NCBI GenBank assembly: GCA_047635695.1
Contig: JBLILN010000008.1
Span: forward strand, 18,870 to 82,869
Reading direction: 5' to 3'
Length of the DNA: 64,000 bases
Source of the DNA: Alphaproteobacteria bacterium
GTDB lineage: Bacteria > Pseudomonadota > Alphaproteobacteria > UBA2136
The notes under the pieces are model-generated. The model was not told the origin of the DNA. It searched no databases and saw nothing but the letters and a program-made list of their open reading frames with translations. The translations under genes were made by a program, and so were the position numbers. Positions 20,124 through 28,736 of this stretch are shown here, one piece after another; the first letter of the stretch is position 1, and each line of letters starts with the position of its first letter.

Positions 20124-20180
20124 CGCTAATATCCTTGGTTACGAATTAAAGTTTTTCCATTCTACACCAACGTGCTTCAG

Positions 20181-20498
20181 TTATCTCTTTTCAAAAGCTT
20201 CATAGTCATCCTTATGTAACTGTAAAGTACCCATAAATTTCTGCATTTCAACAGAGTTACAATCATAGTCAACAAGAAAACTAGCCGCAACCTCATCATA
20301 AGCTGTTATGAATTTCAGCTGCAAGCCAAAACCTAAATATTTAACATTCTGCATAAATGCCAAACTTTCAGTTAAATGAATCACAACATCCAAGTCAGAT
20401 ACATTTAAACCATACTCATGTATCCAACCAAAGGTCATCCCACCTATAGGCATATAATTTGACTGCATATCTTCATTAAAAATAATTTTATCAGCCAT
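20181..20498 (-). CDS. Hypothetical small protein, downstream member of a tandem paralog pair (105 aa, MADKIIFNEDM...)
   Basis: Start reassigned to the ATG at 20498, preceded by ggaggccattATG. It shares the N-terminal MA(E/D)(Q/K)II and a central L.LK....(Y/F)....F(I/L)(L/V)DY....S.EM pattern with the upstream paralog. Confidence 0.5.
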   Translation of the reverse strand: MADKIIFNEDMQSNYMPIGGMTFGWIHEYGLNVSDLDVVIHLTESLAFMQNVKYLGFGLQLKFITAYDEVAASFLVDYDCNSVEMQKFMGTLQLHKDDYEAFEKR

Positions 20499-20514
20499 AA
20501 TGGCCTCCGTAAAG

Positions 20515-20823
20515 TTAAAGCGCATCTAAACGCTGTTTAAAAGTTTGAGCGTCGGCGTTTGAAAGGTGAAATGCATGAAAATTACCACGCATACTTTCGT
20601 TTCCATCGACATAATCAATCAAGATAAAATCTTGTTCATCAACACGGAATTTTGCATATTTCAATGTTAGCCCCTCACCTAGGTAAGGGTATACATCAGG
20701 ACGGATTTTATGCCAACAAGGTTCAATATAACGTGATGAATATTGAGATTGGCGTTCAGTTGCATCACACAAATCAGGGTAACCTTCGAAGTCACCTGTT
20801 TTAGATATAATTTGTTCAGCCAT
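20515..20823 (-). CDS. Hypothetical small protein, upstream member of the tandem paralog pair (102 aa, MAEQIISKTGDFEGY...)
   Basis: Start reassigned to the ATG at 20823, with an identical ggaggccattATGgct context to its paralog. Confidence 0.5.
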   Translation of the reverse strand: MAEQIISKTGDFEGYPDLCDATERQSQYSSRYIEPCWHKIRPDVYPYLGEGLTLKYAKFRVDEQDFILIDYVDGNESMRGNFHAFHLSNADAQTFKQRLDAL

Positions 20824-20983
20824 AATGGCCTCCAATAGAAGTAAAGCATAAGAAATATGCTTGTTATAATAAGATTCGGTTCATTTCTAAGGTATATATA
20901 GGGTTTTGACGTGAGGTTTACAAGTACTACCGGAAAAGAAAAAGGGCGCCACAAGAGCACCCTTTCCCAATAACTCGTAAGAG

Positions 20984-21340
20984 TTATTTAATAGCTGTCT
21001 TTGCTTTAGAAGCAAGCGCTGAAAATGCAGGAGCATCGTTCATTGCTAACCAAGCAAGTACTTTACGGTCAATATCGATTTCAGCCAATTTAAGGCCGTT
21101 CATCAATGTTGAGTAAGTCATCTCGTTTTCACGCGCTGCAGCGTTAATACGTGTAATCCACAAACGGCGGAATTCACGTTTCTTCGTGCGACGGTCACGG
21201 TATGCATACTGTAGACCTTTTTCAACTTTTTCAATAGCTACACGGAAACAGCTTTTCGCTCTTCCTCGGTAACCTTTTGCCATTTTGATAATTTTCTTAT
21301 GGCGTTTGCGTGCTGCTGCACCACCTACTACTCTAGACAT
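20984..21340 (-). CDS. rplT: 50S ribosomal protein L20
   Basis: [29 protein letters not shown]... Confidence 0.9.
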   Translation of the reverse strand: MSRVVGGAAARKRHKKIIKMAKGYRGRAKSCFRVAIEKVEKGLQYAYRDRRTKKREFRRLWITRINAAARENEMTYSTLMNGLKLAEIDIDRKVLAWLAMNDAPAFSALASKAKTAIK

Positions 21341-21684
21341 TATTTAGTTCCTTTTGATGCTGTTGCAGTTTTAGCCTTAGTAGACTTAACCGCTGTTGCT
21401 GTTGCTGCTGCTAGCTCAGCTTTTGCTGCTGCGTTACGAGCCTGAACTTTTTTCAAAGCACGTGTACGTTTACGTTTAGCATTGAAGTATGGAAGCATTT
21501 TATCCACACGTGCGAAGTCAGCGTCACTTACAAAGGTAGAACCTGCAAGTGCATAAGCTTTTTGACCTAGTTTAGACAGGAAGTGACCGTGTCCTTGAAT
21601 ACCACGTTTAATTTTACCCGTCGCTGTCGACTTTGTAAAACGTTTCGCAGCGGCTTTTTTAGTTTTAAGTTTATAACCAGCCAT
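21340..21684 (-). CDS. rpmI: 50S ribosomal protein L35 with a C-terminal Ala/Lys-rich extension (114 aa)
   Basis: [28 protein letters not shown] matches the L35 N-terminus. The tail [29 protein letters not shown] is an extension. The stop overlaps the rplT start. Confidence 0.8.
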   Translation of the reverse strand: MAGYKLKTKKAAAKRFTKSTATGKIKRGIQGHGHFLSKLGQKAYALAGSTFVSDADFARVDKMLPYFNAKRKRTRALKKVQARNAAAKAELAAATATAVKSTKAKTATASKGTK

Positions 21685-22036
21685 TACATTCGTCCTTTTT
21701 TTCAGGTGATAAGTGGCATTACCAACTTATGCTTCAGACCTGCCGCTATGATGCGGAGTTTTAATAAGACCTTCATGGTGACTTATAAATAAGTACTTTG
21801 GGACCATTTCGGCAACCTATATATAGAAATACATCTATAACAAGCGGAAACTACGCCAATTGATGCCTAAAATCAAGCGTTATTTCATAAAAAGCATACT
21901 TTTTTCACTTTATTTTACTTCCCCCCTTGCAATGAATGAAAAAGACCTCTATATACCGTCTAGACATTGTGAAACATAACTTAGCGTTCACGTTACGAAA
22001 CATCCCCATTTTTACCGTTTTCAAGGAAAATCTTTT

Positions 22037-22390
22037 ATGAAGAGTATAGCCGTAAGCACTAAATGTAGCGCTTTATACGCCGCCTTTGCACAAATGCAAA
22101 CAAAAGGTATCCTTAATAATTTAACAGACGCTGAAAAAATGATTACTGCTTTTGGTGGTGATATCAGCCAAAGAAACACCATTGAATTTGACTTTGAGTT
22201 ATCGGGTAAATTCTATGAAGAACGTTTATATGAGTATATAATTCCACAAACCTGCGGTACAGACACGACATTTTATGTCGATAAATACCTTGGCTTTGAA
22301 TGCGGCAACCGTTTAGACCCGCGTTATAAAAAAATTATCACACATTTACACCTTTCACAAAAACAAGCTCAAAAGGCTTTACTTCACTAA
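22037..22390 (+). CDS. Hypothetical protein (117 aa)
   Basis: ORF. First gene of a two-gene unit (16-nt gap to the next gene). Confidence 0.45.
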   Translation: MKSIAVSTKCSALYAAFAQMQTKGILNNLTDAEKMITAFGGDISQRNTIEFDFELSGKFYEERLYEYIIPQTCGTDTTFYVDKYLGFECGNRLDPRYKKIITHLHLSQKQAQKALLH

Positions 22391-22405
22391 TACAGGAAAT
22401 TAAAT

Positions 22406-22711
22406 ATGCTTAAAACCCATGTTTCTCACACATTTGTATCTCAAATGAATATCAACCAAATGTACGTTTTACGTGCTTGTTTTAACAACACAACAAACAA
22501 TGTTGACCATGCCGATTTTTTTGATGAAACCATTGAAAATGTCTCTACGGTTATGAACATTGAAAAGCCAGACGCCGAAAGACGTTTAAAACCTTATGTT
22601 TTTGCCAGAATTGAAGATGATGCAAAAGCCGTTGACCGTCATTTAAGTGAACGACTAGAAAAAAGCATGATCCAATACGCCAAAGGTGACGCCAGCAGCA
22701 GCGGGCGCTAA
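22406..22711 (+). CDS. Hypothetical protein (101 aa)
   Basis: ORF followed by the terminator at 22730. Confidence 0.45.
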   Translation: MLKTHVSHTFVSQMNINQMYVLRACFNNTTNNVDHADFFDETIENVSTVMNIEKPDAERRLKPYVFARIEDDAKAVDRHLSERLEKSMIQYAKGDASSSGR

Positions 22712-22729
22712 CCCTTTTATCGACATTTT

Positions 22730-22755
22730 AAGAAGGCTTCGGCCTTCTTTTTTTT
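22730..22755 (+). terminator. Rho-independent terminator (gaaggc ttcg gccttc + T8)
   Basis: agaaggcttcggccttctttttttt. Confidence 0.6.
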
Positions 22756-22831
22756 GCCTTATAACCCATTGAAAAAAAATAAAACACCGCAAATGAGCAT
22801 AAATAATGTCAATTTTATGTCATTTTTTACT

Positions 22832-22860
22832 TTGTCATGCCTTATGCCTGTGGCTATAAT
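22832..22860 (+). promoter_or_regulatory. Near-consensus sigma70 promoter TTGTCA-17 bp-TATAAT driving the 22984..23319 gene
   Basis: ttgtcatgccttatgcctgtggctataat. TSS predicted near 22867. Confidence 0.45.
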
Positions 22861-22864
22861 TAAT

Positions 22865-22883
22865 TAACTTGAACTTGAACTTG
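22865..22883 (+). repeat. Tandem heptamer (aacttga)x3 at the 5' end of the predicted leader, with a degenerate 4th copy at ~22893
   Basis: taattaacttgaacttgaacttgatgtttttacattgaacttcgg. Confidence 0.5.
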
Positions 22884-22983
22884 ATGTTTTTACATTGAAC
22901 TTCGGTTCTAAACGAAACACTTAACTTTTTATTATTCTGTTTACGGCAATTTCGCTTGTAAACTCACAAACCTGGAGAGACTT

Positions 22984-23319
22984 ATGTCTTTATCAAACAA
23001 TACTGTCTTAGCTCAAACCTTAAACACTACTTCACTTAATTTGCTCGATGAAAACGATTGTCGTTTAGTTCGTGCTGATAAAAATGGAGTAAAAGTTGAT
23101 ATTAGCGCAGTCGAAGATACTATACATGCCTTAGCTTGCGAATTAAATACTGATATTGAAACTTCTTTAAAAGTAATCCAAGCATATGCTGAAGCTAAAT
23201 TAGCTGAGATTAACAACGCAACTGAAATGAAATGGAAGAGCAATCTACCATCAAGTACAGTTGTTCATGAAGGTACAACATCACGCGCAGAAAAAAATCA
23301 GCCTGTGAACTTTCATTAA
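22984..23319 (+). CDS. Hypothetical protein (111 aa)
   Basis: ORF with RBS ggagagacttATG, a strong promoter upstream and a hairpin plus T9 downstream. Confidence 0.5.
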   Translation: MSLSNNTVLAQTLNTTSLNLLDENDCRLVRADKNGVKVDISAVEDTIHALACELNTDIETSLKVIQAYAEAKLAEINNATEMKWKSNLPSSTVVHEGTTSRAEKNQPVNFH

Positions 23320-23520
23320 AAATTTGATCCACCACATCGAATAGAGGGCTTTACGTCCTCTTTTTTTTGCTTAAAAAGCAAACGCCACAAAGACAAATGC
23401 ATGCCTAAAAGGGCTAAAACCCTTTCATTTACACCCTGTCAGTTGTGATCCTATATTTATTTTCCCCCACCTCCATAAATACTTAGACAATTAAAACGGG
23501 TGTAATAAGGGGACTAACAC

Positions 23521-23916
23521 ATGGGTAAAAAAAGTAAACATCAACAACCATCAAAAAAACAACAAGCTGAAGATTTAACAGTTAACTTTGCAGGGCTTGA
23601 ATATAAATGTGCCGACCAACAAGAAGTGGAAGATTTAAAGCTATGCGTTTCACGCGCTGAAAACCTGCTAAGAGACGACGCACTCACAAGAGCTCAAGCC
23701 GAAACACCAAACTTTGGTGAAGGGCAAGAAGCAAAAACCTTACAAATTGAAAATGCGAAATATCAACAATATGCAAGCCTTGCAACGTCTGACCCTGAAA
23801 AAGTTTGCCCGATTGTAGAGCAAGAACTTCGAAGCTTGATCAAGGAGCGCCAACGTGCTGAATTAGGTGAGCCAGAAAACAATATGCACCCTGAACATGA
23901 AATGTCCATGGCGTAA
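23521..23916 (+). CDS. Hypothetical protein (131 aa, Lys/Gln-rich N-terminus)
   Basis: ORF with RBS aaggggactaacacATG. Confidence 0.45.
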   Translation: MGKKSKHQQPSKKQQAEDLTVNFAGLEYKCADQQEVEDLKLCVSRAENLLRDDALTRAQAETPNFGEGQEAKTLQIENAKYQQYASLATSDPEKVCPIVEQELRSLIKERQRAELGEPENNMHPEHEMSMA

Positions 23917-24037
23917 GCGACAATAAACAAATGCCTTTTTAAGAAGGCCTACCTAAATGATGAGATAAATTGGACGTTGCCACGTAGGCAATAACATTCA
24001 ATGAAGCGTAAAATAACGCTCAAAGGTGATTAGGTGG

Positions 24038-24952
24038 CTATTTTTTAAGAAGGATCTTTATAATATTAGAAAGTGTCTTCGCTTGCTCATGCCTGCCAAC
24101 AACCATATCAAGCATACCATGCTCCATTAAGTATTCCGCAGTTTGGAAACCTTCTGGCAATGTTTCACCAATGGTTTGTTGAATAACACGCTGTCCTGCA
24201 AAGCCTATAAGCGCCTTTGGTTCTGCAATTAAAACGTCCCCCTGCATGGCAAAGGAAGCGGTTACACCACCTGTTGTTGGGTCGGTAAGCATAACAATAT
24301 AAGGCAAACCAGCGTCTTTCACGACTGAAATAGCTGCCGTGCTGCGTGCCATTTGCATAAGGGATAATATACCTTCTTGCATGCGCGCACCACCTGAAGC
24401 GGGTATCATTAACAGTGGCAATTCTAATTCTTTGGCTTTTTCAGCCGCCGCTACCATGGCTTCGCCTAAGTAACAACCCATTGAACCCGCCATAAAGGCA
24501 AAGTCAAACAGGCAGATAACGCACTTTTCACCGTCAATCGACGCTGTAACAACCTTAAAGGCGTCAGCATTATCAGAATTTTTTTTCGCTTCTTTTAAGC
24601 GGTCAACATAAGGCTTGCGGTCTTTAAATTTCAAAGGGTCCACACGTGGCGCCTTCACAGGAATGTCTACAGCAGAGCCCTCGTCCACTAAATATGACAA
24701 GCGCTCATTCACATTTATACGGTGGTGATGGCGACAATTAGGGCAAATATTCAAGTTTGCAGAAAGGTCTTTTTTATAAAGCATGTCTGAACATGACGGG
24801 CATTTTACCCACACGTTTGCCTTCACATCTTTTTTAGATTTTGTGAATACACCAGGCTTTACTATGTCTTTTAACCAACTCATGCCGTAACTTATAGCCT
24901 TATAATTACAATAATAAGCCCGCACTATGCCATAAAACCGTTCATTTATCAA
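24038..24952 (-). CDS. accD: Acetyl-CoA carboxylase carboxyltransferase beta subunit
   Basis: N-terminal zinc ribbon CPSCSDMLY...CPNCRHHHR, then the carboxyltransferase domain. Confidence 0.9.
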   Translation of the reverse strand: MINERFYGIVRAYYCNYKAISYGMSWLKDIVKPGVFTKSKKDVKANVWVKCPSCSDMLYKKDLSANLNICPNCRHHHRINVNERLSYLVDEGSAVDIPVKAPRVDPLKFKDRKPYVDRLKEAKKNSDNADAFKVVTASIDGEKCVICLFDFAFMAGSMGCYLGEAMVAAAEKAKELELPLLMIPASGGARMQEGILSLMQMARSTAAISVVKDAGLPYIVMLTDPTTGGVTASFAMQGDVLIAEPKALIGFAGQRVIQQTIGETLPEGFQTAEYLMEHGMLDMVVGRHEQAKTLSNIIKILLKK

Positions 24953-25064
24953 AAAATAAATCGTAAAAACGTTGCCGTGTATACAAATTATTGATATAAC
25001 TTACTTAGTTAATTAAATAGAACCATCTTATACCCTTTTTTTATACCCCCTTTTAGGAGGCTTT

Positions 25065-25484
25065 ATGCCTAATATAAAAGTTGAATCCCTTATCCATGGT
25101 AGTAACACTGAAATGGAAGAAGATTATATTTCCAATCTTATAAAATGCGGAAAATTAAGTGAAGCCTTTAATGAAGGTGAAAACCCATCTCATATAACAA
25201 TTGTTTACGGGCTGGAATGTAGCATCAGCGAGTTGTATGAATATTTAGAAATACGCAATTTATTTAAACATTTAGCTATAAACTTACCTTCTCCTGGCGG
25301 TATGGATGCTTATGCATTTTTTGGCAAAAAACCGGCCGATGATCAAATACGCCTCGTTTGCTCAAGCCCATTTATGCGTGATAACTGTGTAAGCTACGTC
25401 CGTTGCGGTAAAAACAAAGGCAGCGAACATTACAACACTTATAAAATTAGACAAGTTGTTCAATTACCTGAAGACAACGACTAA
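25065..25484 (+). CDS. Hypothetical protein (139 aa)
   Basis: ORF with RBS ttaggaggctttATG and a terminator directly downstream. Confidence 0.45.
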   Translation: MPNIKVESLIHGSNTEMEEDYISNLIKCGKLSEAFNEGENPSHITIVYGLECSISELYEYLEIRNLFKHLAINLPSPGGMDAYAFFGKKPADDQIRLVCSSPFMRDNCVSYVRCGKNKGSEHYNTYKIRQVVQLPEDND

Positions 25485-25497
25485 CCACATCGAATTT

Positions 25498-25526
25498 AAA
25501 ACCACCCTCATCAGGGTGGTTTTTGT
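25498..25526 (+). terminator. Rho-independent terminator (accaccct catc agggtggt + T5)
   Basis: aaaccaccctcatcagggtggtttttg. Confidence 0.6.
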
Positions 25527-25723
25527 TTGTCATGCCCTTTATATAAAGCGACATTTAAGGTTATTTATTTTTTTAATGCTATTTTCATGCGTCAAGGCGT
25601 TGATGTATTATTATTCTTGCTTTATAGTGAACTCGTTTTTAAATGCCCATTTAAAAACCGACCCGATATCTAAATTATAGACGGGGCTGAATTATAGACA
25701 CAACAAAAGAAAGTGTACGACAT

Positions 25724-26257
25724 ATGAGTTTTGACAAAGTACCAGCGGGTAAAAACGCCCCTGATGACATCTATGTAATCATCGAAAACCCAATGAGAAC
25801 GGCCCATATGAAATATGAAGTCGACAAAGAAACAGGCTGTCTTTTTGTAGATAGATTTTTACCAATGCCTATGTTTTTCCCGGCACACTATGGCTACATT
25901 AATCAGACATTAGGTGGTGACGGTGACCCTGTAGACGCCTTTGTTATGACTGATATTGACGTTGTTCCAGGCTCTGTTATTCGTTGTCGTCCTATTGGCA
26001 TGCTTGTAACGGAAGACGAAAGCGGTATGGACGAGAAGCTTATTTGCGTTCCACACACAAAGCTTGACCGTCGTTACGACAAAATGAACGATGTGAATGA
26101 CATCGACCCAATGTTCAAAAAACAACTAGAACAATTTTACGCTAACTACAAAAACCTTGAAGAAGGCAAATGGGTTAAGCTTTCTGGTTGGGAAGACGCT
26201 GCCGCTGCGAAGAAGTGCATCGTTGAAGGCATGGAACGCTTGGCTAGTCACTCGTAA
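25724..26257 (+). CDS. ppa: Inorganic pyrophosphatase (family I)
   Basis: YVIIENP...KYEVDKETG...DRFL....FP.HYGYI..TL..DGDPVD is the family I PPase signature. Confidence 0.9.
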   Translation: MSFDKVPAGKNAPDDIYVIIENPMRTAHMKYEVDKETGCLFVDRFLPMPMFFPAHYGYINQTLGGDGDPVDAFVMTDIDVVPGSVIRCRPIGMLVTEDESGMDEKLICVPHTKLDRRYDKMNDVNDIDPMFKKQLEQFYANYKNLEEGKWVKLSGWEDAAAAKKCIVEGMERLASHS

Positions 26258-26328
26258 CCCTTTTAATCCCATAAACTTTTACTTTTATAGTAACGGCATG
26301 ACAGTAATAGCCTTTAGACTATGAATGC

Positions 26329-26358
26329 AAAAAACCTCCCAATCGGGAGGTTTTTTTT
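26329..26358. terminator. Bidirectional terminator (cctccc aatc gggagg, A6 / T8)
   Basis: caaaaaacctcccaatcgggaggtttttttt. Confidence 0.7.
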
Positions 26359-26377
26359 ATATAAAGCTTGCATGTCG

Positions 26378-26806
26378 TTATTTTTTACCAGCTTTATAGT
26401 AGTGTTTATATTTTTTAAGAAAAGACATGCTTACGTCAAATCTTAAATCAATATAAGTATTAAAAAGACGCGTTAAACATACATTTCTCGCATCCTCTTT
26501 TAAGCCGTCGGCTGTACAGGTTTTATATTCAGACGGAAGAGCCGTTTCAATAGCGCTTTCATCTATAAATTTTACAGCCTCTGCCTTCTCTTCATCTGTA
26601 GCGGTTGTTGACATAACAACCTGTCTTGCTAATCCATTAAAAGCATACGAAATACAGAGAAGTTTATGACCCGAATCATCTCCACATTGGGAAGTTATGA
26701 TATCAAAATTTGTATATGGCGTGTTCTCGTTCAAGTGGTCGTTTAACAAAGAAAATAAAGCCAAAGCAGCGAACGCCACAAAAGCAAAGATCATTAATTT
26801 TTTCAT
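26378..26806 (-). CDS. Hypothetical secreted protein (signal peptide MKKLMIFAFVAFAALALFS; 142 aa)
   Basis: Start reassigned to the internal ATG at 26806, with RBS gaggt 8 nt upstream. Hydrophobic N-terminal signal. Confidence 0.5.
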   Translation of the reverse strand: MKKLMIFAFVAFAALALFSLLNDHLNENTPYTNFDIITSQCGDDSGHKLLCISYAFNGLARQVVMSTTATDEEKAEAVKFIDESAIETALPSEYKTCTADGLKEDARNVCLTRLFNTYIDLRFDVSMSFLKKYKHYYKAGKK

Positions 26807-27073
26807 AAGGGTTACCTCGACAAGGCTATAAAAGGAATAAAAGGTTGTTTTACAGAAGGTAGTATACACTTTTAACCATTAGTAACAAGATATTATGCCC
26901 ATAAATAGCAAAAAAAGAGAATCAAATAGGAACCAAAACGCCCTTTATTCTTCTTTTATAGGCGTCAATACCACCTCTATTCGCTTTTGATTCGCTTTCA
27001 ATTCCGCTCAAAACTGACACAAGTTAATAAACGCTAACAAAAAAAATAAGCGCCAAAACATGATAAAGCAAAC

Positions 27074-28108
27074 TTAAATTTGATTCAGCACAAAAGCCCA
27101 AACAAGAATTTGTGGTAATGTAATCAGCGGTAAAAACAAGGCCGTTTTCCACTGGCCCAGCGTTTCCCTTAAAATCATAATCTCCGTATAATCGGTAGAA
27201 ACGCCCGCCATTAAAAAGGCAAAGCTGTTGCCTGGTGCATCTGCTTTATTAAATATATCCGCCGCTATGGGTACAGAGCCCTCACTGCAAACTTCTATCA
27301 CCGTTGCCGCCATGGTGGTTGTCATGAGTCCAAGCACTGTCGCACCAAAATAAGTTGCAAAACTTTCCGCTGGCATAAACTCACGCACCAAGGCCGCCAT
27401 AACCACACCAAACAAAAGCCATTTAACCACAATCTTGGCGTCACGCACGCCCGCCGTTAACATAGAAACAAAGGCTGACATTGACTTATCGCGCCCTTTA
27501 AAAGCTTTTTTGAACTCTGCTTTAAAGTGATAATCAACAGGTAAGTCAACCTTATTGGGGTTGGCTTTTAACGTACCGCGGCCTACAGCTTTATCAAACA
27601 AATAACCACTGACAAAAGCAATAACCATCGAAAGAACAAGGAAGGTCAACATCCATTTAAAACCAATAAAGGCCCATAAAATAAGGGTGAGTGATAATGA
27701 ATTCCAAGGGCTGGCAATTAAAAAGGCCATTACCTGACCAATAGAAGCACCACGTTCATAAAGTTTTGCCCCCACCATTAAAATGCCGTGGCTACAAAGG
27801 TCTAGCATAACACCCGCACAAGTGGCACGCACAAGGCCACTGTTTGTACCACCTTTACCAAGGGCCGCAACCACTAATTCACGCGGAATACGGCCAACAA
27901 TGCCTACAAAAAGTACGCCTAAGGCAAGCCCCCACCACATACTGTTCATAATTTCAAATACATTGGCGGCTAAGCTTTGCATGCCGTCAATCGACAGGCC
28001 TAAATAGACAGAAAATAGATTAAGAATATAAAACACGGCCACAGATAAAAGTGATGCTATGAATATGATATCATAGCGTTTTTTTGGTTTTGCGCAGCAA
28101 TCAGACAT
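27074..28108 (-). CDS. Predicted permease, DUF318 (ArsP-like) family
   Basis: 8-10 TM helices with the two conserved Cys-containing motifs LCSHG and CSEGSVP characteristic of this permease family. Confidence 0.55.
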   Translation of the reverse strand: MSDCCAKPKKRYDIIFIASLLSVAVFYILNLFSVYLGLSIDGMQSLAANVFEIMNSMWWGLALGVLFVGIVGRIPRELVVAALGKGGTNSGLVRATCAGVMLDLCSHGILMVGAKLYERGASIGQVMAFLIASPWNSLSLTLILWAFIGFKWMLTFLVLSMVIAFVSGYLFDKAVGRGTLKANPNKVDLPVDYHFKAEFKKAFKGRDKSMSAFVSMLTAGVRDAKIVVKWLLFGVVMAALVREFMPAESFATYFGATVLGLMTTTMAATVIEVCSEGSVPIAADIFNKADAPGNSFAFLMAGVSTDYTEIMILRETLGQWKTALFLPLITLPQILVWAFVLNQI

Positions 28109-28269
28109 GTTTTAAGACCTTTTATTTATTACGAGTACCATTGGAACATAAAAAAAGGGGTTTAACACCCCTTTTCGAAAATTGCTATCATTTTTACTGG
28201 CAAAGGTAAATTAAGAGTAAAGCATAAAAAAACCTTCCATTAAGAAGGCTTTTTATTCGATACGTTATT

Positions 28270-28617
28270 TTAATCGGTTAAGTGAATCACCAGCCAATCA
28301 CCCATAGCATGATAAGCGGAAAAACCTTTCTCTTTTAAGGACTTAACCACCACATCCGATACAGCGTTCGTTGCAACACCATAAAAATGTGGTATTTTAA
28401 CTTCAACCTTATCATCGGTAAAATTAATACTTTCATTTGGATGTTCATTCTTTCTTGAAATTTCTTTCAGATGGCGTTGAGTCATTACTTTTAAGCATTC
28501 AATTTCTAACGCCTTAATGTTTGCCTGAAGTAAAACTTGATATAAGTCACCTCCACCTAAAGAGCGCGCATTATATTCGTCTTTCGTTTGTGGGAAAGGG
28601 TTTTGTTGATTACTCAT
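28270..28617 (-). CDS. Hypothetical protein (115 aa from the ATG at 28617)
   Basis: RBS ggaggt lies 9 nt upstream of the internal ATG. Two tandem hairpin terminators follow (28228-28260 and 28150-28178). Confidence 0.4.
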   Translation of the reverse strand: MSNQQNPFPQTKDEYNARSLGGGDLYQVLLQANIKALEIECLKVMTQRHLKEISRKNEHPNESINFTDDKVEVKIPHFYGVATNAVSDVVVKSLKEKGFSAYHAMGDWLVIHLTD

Positions 28618-28736
28618 AACGAGTACCTCCGTAAAAGGAAAAAAGATATTTTTCAATATATATTATGCATATTAAAGTTATAATTACAAGGGACTAGAAA
28701 AAAAACTCCTAGCATTTGATTAAACCTAAACACATC

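Noticed and set aside
21340-21684. rpmI as a misannotated fusion because it is 114 aa instead of ~65 aa
   Set aside because: The N-terminal 65 aa align with L35. The extra ~50 aa are an Ala/Lys-rich tail in the same frame with no internal stop or second RBS. Such extensions occur in some lineages.
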